DNA of 64,000 nt from positions 128,001-192,000 of the forward strand of contig JBBILD010000002.1 in assembly GCA_037445065.1 (NCBI GenBank), in the 5' to 3' direction. Position numbers and translations under genes: made by a program. Shown here in pieces: positions 38,539-47,737 of this stretch (position 1 is its first letter; every line of letters starts with the position of its first letter). The notes under the pieces are model-generated. The model saw only the letters and a program-made list of their open reading frames with translations, searched no databases and was not told where the DNA came from. The DNA comes from Myxococcales bacterium (lineage in GTDB: Bacteria; Desulfobacterota; Binatia; HRBIN30).

Positions 38539-40263
38539 GTGGCGCGAGCTGCCGGGCCTGTGGTACACCTAATCCCTGTGCAAGAGGCAGAGTTTTTAGT
38601 GATCGGCAGCGGGCTTGCAGGCCTCACCTTTGCCCTCAAGGTTGCTCCGTACGGGCGGGTCCATGTGGTCACCAAGGATCGGTTGCCCGAAAGCGCGACC
38701 GAGTATGCGCAAGGGGGCATTGCCTCTGTGTGGAGCGCGGAGGATTCTTTCGCGGATCACGTCCGCGATACGTTGGCAGCAGGTGCCGGTCTTTGCCATG
38801 AGGAGATTGTGGAAATGGTCGTGCGGGAGGGGCCGGACCGGGTGCGCGAGCTGATTGCTTTAGGCACGCGCTTTTCGACTCGCGGAGGATCGGAGGACGA
38901 GTACGACCTGGGGCAAGAAGGCGGCCATAGTCACAGAAGAATTCTCCACGCCTCCGACGCCACCGGGCATGAGATCATGCGCGCCTTGGTGGCCGCGGTG
39001 CGGTCCCAGCCAAACATCAGGTTGTTCGAAAAGCACCTCGCGGTCGATCTCCTGGTGGATGCGAAGTTTGGGCGCCAGGCGGACGGGCCCAACTGCTGGG
39101 GCGCGTACGTGCTGGATTTGAACCACGGGGGAGTGGAACGTTTTCAAGCGAAGGTAACGTTGTTGGCAACGGGCGGTGCCGGCAAGGTGTACTTGTATAC
39201 GAGCAATCCAGATGTTGCGACCGGCGATGGGATCGCCATGGCGTACCGGGCCGGAGTGCCGATCGGAAACATGGAGTTTTTCCAGTTCCATCCCACCTGC
39301 CTGTACCACCCGCGGGCCAAGTCCTTTCTAATCAGCGAAGCCTTACGTGGTGAAGGTGCCGTTCTGCGGGCACCCAGCGGTGAGGCGTTCATGCGGAAGT
39401 ACGACCCGCGCGGAGAATTGGCCCCGAGAGACGTGGTCGCGCGCGCGATTGATCACGAGATGAAGGTCCACGGGTACGACTGTGTCTTCCTCGACATCAC
39501 TCACCGGCCAGCCGAGTTTGTGCGCCAGCGCTTTCCGCTCATTTATGAGCAATGCAAGCGCTATGGGATCGATATTACCTCGGAATGGATCCCGGTCGTG
39601 CCAGCGGCGCACTACTGCTGCGGGGGTGCAATCACCGATGCCGATGGGCGAACAGAACTGCCCCGTCTGTTTGCCGCTGGTGAAGTGGCCATGACGGGTC
39701 TCCACGGCGCGAATCGGTTGGCATCGAACTCCTTGCTCGAGGCCCTTGTGTTTGGTCATCGTGCTGCAATGGCTGCCAGGGAGTGGGTTGCGTCGGATCA
39801 CCAGCCCCTGCCGGAGCTGCCGGATTGGAACCCAGGCAATGCAGTCAACAGTGACGAAATGGTTGTGGTGAGCCAAAACTGGGACGAGATCCGGCGCGTG
39901 ATGTGGAACTACGTGGGCATCGTGCGGTCTAACCGCAGGTTAGCGCGGGCTTACAAGCGCATCCGCCTACTGCAGGAAGAGATCCAGCAATACTACTGGG
40001 ATTTTCTCATCACGGGGGATCTAATCGAGTTGCGCAACATTGCCTTGGTTGCCGAGTTGATTATTTGTTCGGCAATTTTGCGCAAGGAGAGCCGGGGGTT
40101 GCACTTCAATTTGGACTACCCACAGCGCGACGACATCCACTGGAGACGCGATACGGTGTTACGACTCGGCGAGCCGCTGCCCATCGACTTGCCTGAATTG
40201 TTCGGTGTCGCTTCCGTGCGAGCAGGGGCGGCGAATCCCACACCGCTCTCGGTGGGCGGCTGA
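38539..40263 (+). CDS. nadB: L-aspartate oxidase (start approximate)
   Basis: IGSGLAGL, AQGGIA, EGGHS.RRILH, QFHPT, LISEALRGEG, HGANRLASNSLLE, ESRGLH. Confidence 0.96.
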   Translation: MARAAGPVVHLIPVQEAEFLVIGSGLAGLTFALKVAPYGRVHVVTKDRLPESATEYAQGGIASVWSAEDSFADHVRDTLAAGAGLCHEEIVEMVVREGPDRVRELIALGTRFSTRGGSEDEYDLGQEGGHSHRRILHASDATGHEIMRALVAAVRSQPNIRLFEKHLAVDLLVDAKFGRQADGPNCWGAYVLDLNHGGVERFQAKVTLLATGGAGKVYLYTSNPDVATGDGIAMAYRAGVPIGNMEFFQFHPTCLYHPRAKSFLISEALRGEGAVLRAPSGEAFMRKYDPRGELAPRDVVARAIDHEMKVHGYDCVFLDITHRPAEFVRQRFPLIYEQCKRYGIDITSEWIPVVPAAHYCCGGAITDADGRTELPRLFAAGEVAMTGLHGANRLASNSLLEALVFGHRAAMAAREWVASDHQPLPELPDWNPGNAVNSDEMVVVSQNWDEIRRVMWNYVGIVRSNRRLARAYKRIRLLQEEIQQYYWDFLITGDLIELRNIALVAELIICSAILRKESRGLHFNLDYPQRDDIHWRRDTVLRLGEPLPIDLPELFGVASVRAGAANPTPLSVGG

Positions 40264-40297
40264 TTGTGAGGATATCGGCGAGCGAAGGGTTCAGGGT

Positions 40298-41458
40298 ATG
40301 AAGCGGCTCAGTATCCTTGGCAGCACCGGGTCCATCGGTGTGACCACCTTGGACTTGGTGGGGCGATTCCCAGACCGCTTTGCGGTTGTGGGCCTGGCAG
40401 CAGGCAGTCGGGTCGAGCGGGTGATTGAGCAGGCCCGGCTGTTCCGGCCAGAGCTGGTTGCCCTGGGGAGCGAGGAGGCTGCTCGAGAGTTCCGGCAAGG
40501 GTTTCCTGGGTTTCGCGGTGAGGTGCTGAGTGGACCCGAGGGGCTGGTGGCGGTAGCAACGGCGCCGGGCGTGGACCTGGTCGTCTCTGCCCTGGTCGGA
40601 GCCGCAGGTCTCATGCCTACCCTCGCTGCTTTGCAGCGGGGCACTGCGGTTGCCTTGGCGAACAAGGAGGTTTTGGTGGTCGGCGGGGACCTGGTGACGC
40701 GTACGGCGCGTGCCTCTAACGCCCCGCTCATTCCGTTGGATAGCGAGCACAGTGCTTTGTTGCAGGCACTGGACGGACAGCCCCGGGAGGCGGTGCGCCG
40801 TCTCATCCTCACCGCTTCTGGAGGTCCTTTTCTCCACACCCCCAAGGCGGAGCTCGCGCATGTCACGGTAGAGCAGGCATTACGGCATCCCACTTGGAAG
40901 ATGGGCAGTAAAATCACGGTGGATTCGGCTACGCTCATGAACAAGGGCCTCGAGGTAATCGAGGCGCACTGGCTTTTTGGATTTCCGCCGGGACAGATTG
41001 ACGTAGTCGTGCATCCGCAGAGCATTGTGCACTCGCTGGTCGAGTACGTTGACGGGTCTGTACTTGCCCAGCTTGCCGTTCCGGACATGGCGATCCCAAT
41101 TGCCTTTGCCTTGTCTTACCCGGAGCGACTCTCCCTCGACCATCTCCCTCGCCTTCGCCTCGAGGAGGTGGGGCGACTCGAGTTCCTCACCCCGGATGTC
41201 GAGCGCTTTCCGTGCCTGGGTTTGGCATACGAGAGTTTGCGTCTCGGGGGGACTGCCCCGGCCGTGTTAAACGCCGCCAACGAGGAGCTTGTGTCGGCTT
41301 TCCTAGCGGGCCAGATCCCGTTTTTGGCGATTCCGGCGGGCATTGAACGAGTACTGGCGCGTCACTCGCCGCAACTAGCAAGCTCGCTCGAAGTCTTGCT
41401 TGCAGCTGACCACTGGGCTCGCGAGGAGGCGCGGAACTTCGTTCATGTACGAGCGTAG
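40298..41458 (+). CDS. dxr: 1-deoxy-D-xylulose 5-phosphate reductoisomerase
   Basis: LGSTGSIG, LANKE, PLDSEHSA, TASGGPF, HPTWKMGSKITVDSATLMNKGLE. Confidence 0.97.
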   Translation: MKRLSILGSTGSIGVTTLDLVGRFPDRFAVVGLAAGSRVERVIEQARLFRPELVALGSEEAAREFRQGFPGFRGEVLSGPEGLVAVATAPGVDLVVSALVGAAGLMPTLAALQRGTAVALANKEVLVVGGDLVTRTARASNAPLIPLDSEHSALLQALDGQPREAVRRLILTASGGPFLHTPKAELAHVTVEQALRHPTWKMGSKITVDSATLMNKGLEVIEAHWLFGFPPGQIDVVVHPQSIVHSLVEYVDGSVLAQLAVPDMAIPIAFALSYPERLSLDHLPRLRLEEVGRLEFLTPDVERFPCLGLAYESLRLGGTAPAVLNAANEELVSAFLAGQIPFLAIPAGIERVLARHSPQLASSLEVLLAADHWAREEARNFVHVRA

Positions 41459-41517
41459 AAGCGCCTTTACTGTGAGCACAATCCTGTGCTAGCGCGTCTG
41501 AGCGAGGGTGAGGACGC

Positions 41518-41883
41518 GTGGAACAGTCTGAGTTGGAGGTCTTCCGCAGTCTGTTGATGAGCCGGAGGGATGCAATCCTAGCGGAAGCGGGTCGTACTGT
41601 GGGTGGCATGAGCCGCTCCCGTGAAGACGTGTTCGACGATATTGACCTCGGCAACATGGAGGTAGAGCGCGCCCCCCTGCTGCGGATTCGGGAACGAGAA
41701 CGCAAGCTGCTGGGCAAAATCGAAGCGGCCTTAGCGCGCATCGAGGCGGGGACATATGGCGTGTGTGAACGGTGCGGCGGGCCGATCGGAGTGGATCGCT
41801 TGCGAGCCCGGCCGGTGACCACGTTCTGCATCGCGTGCAAGGCAGAGCAAGAAGAGCAAGAGCGCCGCAAAGGTGCCCGCTAA
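41518..41883 (+). CDS. dksA: DksA/TraR C4 zinc-finger protein
   Basis: Coiled coil, RERERKLL.KI..AL.RI..GTYGVCERCG..I...RL.ARP...CIAC. Confidence 0.85.
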   Translation: MEQSELEVFRSLLMSRRDAILAEAGRTVGGMSRSREDVFDDIDLGNMEVERAPLLRIRERERKLLGKIEAALARIEAGTYGVCERCGGPIGVDRLRARPVTTFCIACKAEQEEQERRKGAR

Positions 41884-42041
41884 AGCGGGGTCTTTGTAAA
41901 GGACCTAGCGAAGTGGGCGTTGTGCTCGGGCTGAGTCCCAGTTACTTGCAGAAAATCCGCTTTGCTCGGCGGTCGCTGTGTGCTACAAGCGCCGCGTATC
42001 TAGCTTGGGCCGCCGGCTAGTAAGAACGAAAGGAAAGCGGC

Positions 42042-42476
42042 TTGACTACTGTTCTGGACAAGCAAATTTTGCAGGAGATTGTTCGGGTTGTTCAAGCCGA
42101 GGAGCGCGTCCCGACTGTGGTTCAGGTGAACGGTCAGCGCTACGTGCTGACATACCTCGAGGATCATGACCGTCGCATGCAAGATGCCCTCGCGAACCGC
42201 GACCCGAACCTCCTGAGCATGTTGTTTGGCCAACTTGCCAGTAAGGTGAAGTACCAACTGTTTGTGCCCCAGGTGGTCAAACCGAGCAAGGACGTGAGGA
42301 AGCCTGAGGCGGGGCCGAGAGAGGCCAAGCGGAAGAAAGCCGCCGCCAAAACTCCAGCCCGTGTGCGGGGCCAGCGTGCCGCAAAGGGATCACAGCGCGA
42401 CAAGGCGCGCGCGAAAAAGAAGGCCAAGGTTGCCAGCAAACGAGCAACTCGGCGCGCGGGTAAAAAAACGAGGTGA
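42042..42476 (+). CDS. Hypothetical protein with Lys/Arg/Ala-rich histone H1-like C-terminal tail
   Basis: AAAGGA SD before TTG; ordered N-terminal ~80 aa, then AKRKKAAAK...AKKKAKVASKR. Confidence 0.7.
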   Translation: MTTVLDKQILQEIVRVVQAEERVPTVVQVNGQRYVLTYLEDHDRRMQDALANRDPNLLSMLFGQLASKVKYQLFVPQVVKPSKDVRKPEAGPREAKRKKAAAKTPARVRGQRAAKGSQRDKARAKKKAKVASKRATRRAGKKTR

Positions 42477-42505
42477 CCTGAGTCTCGCCGCATCGAAACC
42501 CGGTT

Positions 42506-44068
42506 GTGAGAATCGGGGTAAGCATCGGCCCGCGGGGCAAGCGCGGAATTCAGGCTGTTGCCGTTGTCGGCGGACTCACCGCCGGTATCTGCGCTCTTTT
42601 CCTTTACGCGTATGGCGACTGTCTGGCTGCGTTCTTTCACTTCGATGATTTCTGGGTCCTCGGCAGGGTAGCGGCCATTGAAGAAGGACTGCCGGCAAGT
42701 TGGTACCGGATCTTCGAGCCGGTTCATGGCTTCCTCCTGTACCGGCCCTTGTCCACTGTGGCCTATTTTCTGGCTCTCAGGTTGACCTTTGGGAATGATC
42801 CCGCCGGGTACCACGCTGTGCAACTGGCGTTCCAGGTGGCGAATTCGCTCTTGGTCTTTGCGCTTGCTTGCGGGGTGTTTCGTGCGTATGCGCCCGCCCT
42901 AGCAGCTGCGCTGTGGTATGCGACTGCCCCAGCGCTAGGCATTGGAGCTTGTTGGAACTCTCTGTTCACTGCAACCGGGGCGTCCTGCGCTATCTTTGTG
43001 GGCGTTCTCGTTTGGATGCGTTGGCCAGGTCGGTGGGGACGGGCCGTGACCTTGGTTTGCTTCGTGTTTGCGTTGCTCGCATCTGAGCACGGCGTGACGT
43101 TTCCCCTTTGGTTGCTGGCGAGCTGGCGGCTTCTGGGAAGTAGGTGGTCCGAAGCAGGCAGTAGGCGGCTCCTGGCACTCGCGATAGCGGTGTCGGTGGC
43201 GTACTCCGCCGCAAAGTTGGCTTACCTGCGCTGGGGACTCGAATGGAGATTTCCAGACCCCGCAGAACGTGCCTTTGTCCTCCATGGGTATCAACCGGAT
43301 TGGCATCCCTCGATAGGCCTCACAGCGATCGGAACGTACTTGGGTTATGCCGGTGCACCATTGCTCTTTTTAACCGATCTATCTGCGCCGTGGCGTTTGG
43401 CCGTCGGGTCGCTCCTCCTGCTCGTGGCGGTGGGTAGCGTCGTCTGGGCGCTACGAACGGAGCCAGAAGCTATGCAAGTTCGAGCGGTTGCCTTTGGGCT
43501 GACTTGCTTTCTGGCCTCGATCTTACCTGTGGCGTTCCTTCCCAGGCACGTCGCTTCGTATTACGCGACCGCCGGTGCGGCAGGGGTCGCGATTGCAACG
43601 GCGGCGATTTTTTCTCTCTCGACGCCTTACCGGAAGATCGGGGCGACCCTGCTTTCGGTGGCTGTACTCGGTGCATTTTTGGGGAATCAGCCAAAGGTCC
43701 AGGCTTCTGAAGAGTTCGCGTTCTTTCGCAACTTTACTTGGGCGGCGGAACGGTGGCTGCACAGTGTGGCCGACATCGGGAGTTGGGGGCAGGTCCAGCG
43801 GGTTGTGGTTCCGGATAGTGTTTTAGCGCAACTTGTGTTCGAGCAAGGGCGAGCTCATCAAGTATTGCTTTGTTCTCCGCTCGAACTGGAAGTGGCCAAG
43901 AACCTGGAGGACATCCCAGAGCGCCCGGGCCAGGTGATCTTACGGCAGCCGTTTTTATATCCAAGAAACGAAGGTCGAAGGCGGGCATGGCTGCCGAATC
44001 GGTGTGCTGCCCCCTCGCTAGCGCCGTTACCTTCTCCGAGCGCGCGTCGCGGAGCCAACGGTGGCTAG
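42506..44068 (+). CDS. Polytopic membrane protein, GT-C glycosyltransferase-like
   Basis: FFHFDDFW after TM1, YRPLST, GYHAVQL, ALLASEHG; about 10-12 hydrophobic segments. Confidence 0.6.
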   Translation: MRIGVSIGPRGKRGIQAVAVVGGLTAGICALFLYAYGDCLAAFFHFDDFWVLGRVAAIEEGLPASWYRIFEPVHGFLLYRPLSTVAYFLALRLTFGNDPAGYHAVQLAFQVANSLLVFALACGVFRAYAPALAAALWYATAPALGIGACWNSLFTATGASCAIFVGVLVWMRWPGRWGRAVTLVCFVFALLASEHGVTFPLWLLASWRLLGSRWSEAGSRRLLALAIAVSVAYSAAKLAYLRWGLEWRFPDPAERAFVLHGYQPDWHPSIGLTAIGTYLGYAGAPLLFLTDLSAPWRLAVGSLLLLVAVGSVVWALRTEPEAMQVRAVAFGLTCFLASILPVAFLPRHVASYYATAGAAGVAIATAAIFSLSTPYRKIGATLLSVAVLGAFLGNQPKVQASEEFAFFRNFTWAAERWLHSVADIGSWGQVQRVVVPDSVLAQLVFEQGRAHQVLLCSPLELEVAKNLEDIPERPGQVILRQPFLYPRNEGRRRAWLPNRCAAPSLAPLPSPSARRGANGG

Positions 44069-45844
44069 GTCGGGTAGTGTTAAGTGGAAAGTCGTGCCCA
44101 TCCCTGGCCTACTTTCCACCGCGATCTCTCCGTGCAGTAGCTCGACAAACCTTCGCACGATGTAGAGACCTAGACCTACGCCCCTCGTTACCACGTTCGG
44201 CCGTTGGACCTGGTAAAACATGTCGAAGATACGGCCTAAGTCCTGACTTGGGATCCCAATTCCGGTGTCCGACACTGTAAATTCAATCTTACCGTTGGTG
44301 CGCGCGCTGGCGTGTAGGCGTACCTCGCCCGTGGGGGTGAATTTCAATGCGTTACCGACCAGGTTCCGCAAGATGATGGCGACCTTGGCTGGGTCGGTCT
44401 CGATCGTGCTGTCTCCGTCCACCCCGACGACCAGCCGCGTTTCGGGGAGGCGCGGCAGGCGCTCCAGCTCGACCGACAATTCATCCACGAATCGCCGCAG
44501 TTCCAGCGGTGAGCGCTCGACAGGCAGCCCTTTGGACTCCAGGCGGTTGACGTCCAGGGTCGCTTGCACCAGGCGCAGCAGCTCGCGGGATTGTTCGGCG
44601 ATGCGCTCGACCGCCTCACGCGCGGGCTCGTTCAGGTGTCCGAATTCTTCCTCTTTGAGTAAATCCGCGTACCCGATAATGATATTAAGCGGAGTCCTGA
44701 GTTCGTGGGACATGGTCGCTACGAACTCTGACTTGAGCTGATTGGCGGACCGCAATTCGGCAACTAGTTGTGCATTCTCGATCGCCGCAGCGGCTTGTGT
44801 GGCGGCGCCACGCAGGATCCTCTGGTCCTTTGCCGGGAAGGCTGTGGGGCTTCGCCCCCGTCCGACGGCCAACAGACCAACGATCCTACCTCCCCGAACC
44901 ATGGGCGCTACCATCATCGAGCGTATGCGGAAGTAGGCCATGATGGCCTCCCACTGCGGGTCGGGAACCACACCGTTTGGGATTTCAACCAGACCCTCCT
45001 TGTCGCGAAGTGGCTGGAGGGGGAGGTAGTCCCGGAGGCGTACCTCGATGCCTCGAGCCTCTTGCAGCAGATCGGGGCGCAGAGCATCCCCGGTGGCAAC
45101 ACGGAAGCAGTCTTCCTCTCCGGTGGGAAGGAGAATCACGCACCATTCGGCGTCTGAGAGCAGTTGGCGTGTCGTTTTCGCGACGACGCCGAGGACCTGC
45201 TCCCAATTCGATGTGGAATCCAGAGCGTGAGAGAGGGAGAGGAGTCCGCGCGTCACCTCCGCTTCTTCGTCTTTCGCCTGGATTTCTCGATAAATCGCGA
45301 GGCGCTGCAGGTCCATTTGCTCGGCGATCCACACTGAGGCGACCGCTCCAGCAAACAGCAGAGCCGCAGCATAGGCGGGCGGTAGGGCAGGGGACTCGTG
45401 AACAAAAAGGAGCATGCCGAAGGAGAACAGGGCGGCAGCGCTGACTGCAGTCTGCTTCTTCCAGTTCCAGGGTAACAGCGCCGACTCGACTAACAGTAAT
45501 CCCACCAATACCGTGGCGATCACCAGGGGTTCTGCCCGCGTGGTTCTCCCGTATGCAACCAGGACGACGAAAAACGCAGAGACAGCCACTGCAACCAGGT
45601 TGCGCAGTTGGCCGCTGCGTAAGGCGGCACGGCGAAGGGCGAGCAGTACTGTGCTGAGGACAGTGCCAACGCCCAGAACAGACAGTGCAGGGATCAACCT
45701 TCCTGGACTGATTAGAGAGTCGACCAGTACGAAGACGCCGCCACCGATTGCAAAGGTGGCGAGAAACAAGCCAAGCCGTTGTGCCAGCAAGAGTTCCAGT
45801 TCCCGCTGGTAACCATGTGGGCCGAGTTGGTTGGCTTCCTGCAT
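44027..45844 (-). CDS. Membrane GAF-domain sensor histidine kinase (orphan)
   Basis: TM helices, GAF (SMMVAPMVRGGRIVGLL...AIENAQL), SHELRTPL, NLVGNALKF, DTGIGI, GVGLGL. Confidence 0.92.
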   Translation of the reverse strand: MQEANQLGPHGYQRELELLLAQRLGLFLATFAIGGGVFVLVDSLISPGRLIPALSVLGVGTVLSTVLLALRRAALRSGQLRNLVAVAVSAFFVVLVAYGRTTRAEPLVIATVLVGLLLVESALLPWNWKKQTAVSAAALFSFGMLLFVHESPALPPAYAAALLFAGAVASVWIAEQMDLQRLAIYREIQAKDEEAEVTRGLLSLSHALDSTSNWEQVLGVVAKTTRQLLSDAEWCVILLPTGEEDCFRVATGDALRPDLLQEARGIEVRLRDYLPLQPLRDKEGLVEIPNGVVPDPQWEAIMAYFRIRSMMVAPMVRGGRIVGLLAVGRGRSPTAFPAKDQRILRGAATQAAAAIENAQLVAELRSANQLKSEFVATMSHELRTPLNIIIGYADLLKEEEFGHLNEPAREAVERIAEQSRELLRLVQATLDVNRLESKGLPVERSPLELRRFVDELSVELERLPRLPETRLVVGVDGDSTIETDPAKVAIILRNLVGNALKFTPTGEVRLHASARTNGKIEFTVSDTGIGIPSQDLGRIFDMFYQVQRPNVVTRGVGLGLYIVRRFVELLHGEIAVESRPGMGTTFHLTLPDLATVGSATRARRR

Positions 45845-45919
45845 CGCTTCTGATGCTAGCACCAAGGGTACACTGAAGCGCCCAGAAACTTGCCCCACGG
45901 TCGTTTATGTGTGGAAAGC

Positions 45920-45945
45920 GCAACCTTTGCGAAGCAATGGCGTTT
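45920..45945 (+). promoter_or_regulatory. Putative ECF-sigma autoregulatory promoter
   Basis: GCAAC-N16-CGTTT immediately upstream of the ECF sigma SD (GAGGTG); fits the generic ECF AAC/CGT pattern. Confidence 0.45.
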
Positions 45946-45964
45946 GCAACAGCGAGGTGAAGAA

Positions 45965-46558
45965 TTGGAGCCTCAAGACGATCCGGATGTGGAACTCATG
46001 ATGCGAGTCAAAGGTGGAGACCGCGCGGCATTTTCGACCTTATTCGAGCGGTATTTTCCTCCCGTCGTACGCTTCATCACCTTCATGCTCCGTGATCGGT
46101 CACGGGCGGAGGAACTTGCCCAAGATGTCTTCCTCAGCCTCTACCGGTCGCGGCACCGTTACGAGCCTCGCACGCGATTCCGAAGCTTTCTGTTCCGGCT
46201 CGCCATGAATATTACAATCACGGAGCACCGCAGCCGAAAGCGAGAATGGCGGGCGAGAGGGAATCAGCGGTCTTGGCGGGCGGGCAGCACAAGCCAGCCG
46301 GTTTTGATCGAGGACGCGGTTCGACAGAGCCGGTCGGAAGAGACCGTGCTTTTAGAAAAGGAAGAAATCATCCGCCTTTATCAAGCCTTGGGCGAGCTTC
46401 CGGAGCGGCAGCGTGCGGCCATCCTGCTCGCGCGGGCGGAAGGAATGTCTTACGAGCAAGTTGCTGAGGCTCTTGGGGTTACCGTGTCCGCCGTAAAAAG
46501 CCTTGTTCATCGAGCCACTGTGTACATCCGCAACCGTTGCCGGGAGGGAGAGCCATGA
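45965..46558 (+). CDS. ECF RNA polymerase sigma factor
   Basis: DVELM..VK.GD..AF..L, AEELAQDVF, FRSFLFRLA.N, LPERQR...EGMSYEQVAEALG.TVSAVKSLVHRA. Confidence 0.93.
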   Translation: MEPQDDPDVELMMRVKGGDRAAFSTLFERYFPPVVRFITFMLRDRSRAEELAQDVFLSLYRSRHRYEPRTRFRSFLFRLAMNITITEHRSRKREWRARGNQRSWRAGSTSQPVLIEDAVRQSRSEETVLLEKEEIIRLYQALGELPERQRAAILLARAEGMSYEQVAEALGVTVSAVKSLVHRATVYIRNRCREGEP

Positions 46559-47094
46559 GAGTGTTTTGCCGTTGGGTCGAGCGGGAAGTGACCGCCTTCC
46601 TGGACCAGGAGCTGCCAAGCTGGCGGTGGCGGTTGGTCTCTCACCATCTGGAGAGGTGTGAGCACTGTCGTTTCGTTGCCGCAGAGACCGCGCGAGTGAT
46701 TGAGGCCCAGCGCATTGCCTTCTGCGACGCGGCGGAAGAGTTCTCGGTGCCGGTCTCGACGAACTTAGACTCCCTGTGGAAGAAACTGGAAGACGAAGTG
46801 TTTGCGGATCCACTGCCTCTCGGGTTGCGACTCGGCTGGCCGATCAAGCGGATTGGCTACGCTATTGGAGTAGCCTTGTTCTTAGTGGCCGCGGGGTACG
46901 CTGGCCGGGATTTCGATGTCGTGGAAAGAGCCTTGATGGCCATCGGCGTCGTGGACCCACCGCCGGAGGTCGTGCAGAGTGCTGAATTTTTTTGCAACTA
47001 CCCAGTGATCGAAGAGTTGGACGTATTGGAACACTGGGATCGCCTCTCCCAAGGGCTTCCCGTGTCTGCGACCCCCGAAAATGGGCATAGTTAG
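46555..47094 (+). CDS. Zinc-binding (ZAS, zf-HC2) transmembrane anti-sigma factor
   Basis: C..V...TAFLDQEL...HLERCEHC (HxxxCxxC), one TM helix; ATGA overlap with sigma. Confidence 0.85.
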   Translation: MRVFCRWVEREVTAFLDQELPSWRWRLVSHHLERCEHCRFVAAETARVIEAQRIAFCDAAEEFSVPVSTNLDSLWKKLEDEVFADPLPLGLRLGWPIKRIGYAIGVALFLVAAGYAGRDFDVVERALMAIGVVDPPPEVVQSAEFFCNYPVIEELDVLEHWDRLSQGLPVSATPENGHS

Positions 47095-47401
47095 ATCCAT
47101 TATCGCCACGGGGGTGGTTTTCACTGTCAGTGCTGGGGGCCTGGCGCGGCTCTGCCCGGCGCAGTCTTGGCGGGAGCTTTCGCCGCGCGAGCGTTACGAA
47201 GTGCTGCGCCGCTACGAGCGGTACAAGCAAGAGCCCGAGCAGCGGCGAGAAAGACTCGAGGAGAATTACCAGCGCTGGCAGCAACTGCCCCCGGAAGAGA
47301 AAGAAAAGCTCCGCCGCCGCTTGGAAAGTTGGCAAGAGCTCCCGCCGGACAAACGGGAGGAACTCAGGCGGAGGTTTCAGGATCGACAGGGGCAACCCTG
47401 A
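47081..47401 (+). CDS. DUF3106-like exported helical repeat protein
   Basis: Signal peptide; repeats WRELSPRER, WQQLPPEEK, WQELPPDKR. Confidence 0.8.
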   Translation: MGIVRSIIATGVVFTVSAGGLARLCPAQSWRELSPRERYEVLRRYERYKQEPEQRRERLEENYQRWQQLPPEEKEKLRRRLESWQELPPDKREELRRRFQDRQGQP

Positions 47402-47418
47402 CCATCCCGACAAGAGGG

Positions 47419-47637
47419 CTAACTACTCCGGTAGACGATCAGTCCGTGCGACGGATCGTACGGCGAAACCGCCACTGTCACCCGATCCCCAGGAATGACC
47501 CGAATATGGTTGCGGCGCATGCGGCCGCTGATTTTAGCGTGGAAAATCTGACCGCGATCCGATTCCACTTTGAACTGGCCTCCGGCCAGTACTTCCTTCA
47601 CAGTCCCTTCGACGTGAATCAGGTCTTCGCGAGCCAC
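47419..47637 (-). CDS. infA: Translation initiation factor IF-1
   Basis: EGTVKEVL..G.FKV, AKISGRMRRNHIRVIPGDRVTV.VSPYD..GLIVYR; AGGAGG SD. Confidence 0.96.
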   Translation of the reverse strand: MAREDLIHVEGTVKEVLAGGQFKVESDRGQIFHAKISGRMRRNHIRVIPGDRVTVAVSPYDPSHGLIVYRSS

Positions 47638-47737
47638 AAATGCAAACCTCCTCCTTGGTGAGAGAAATTCGAAGTCCAGAATAGCAACTGTCCTTCACCC
47701 ATCCAAGCAAAGCTACTCGCTGCGACGGGTTGCCGTT

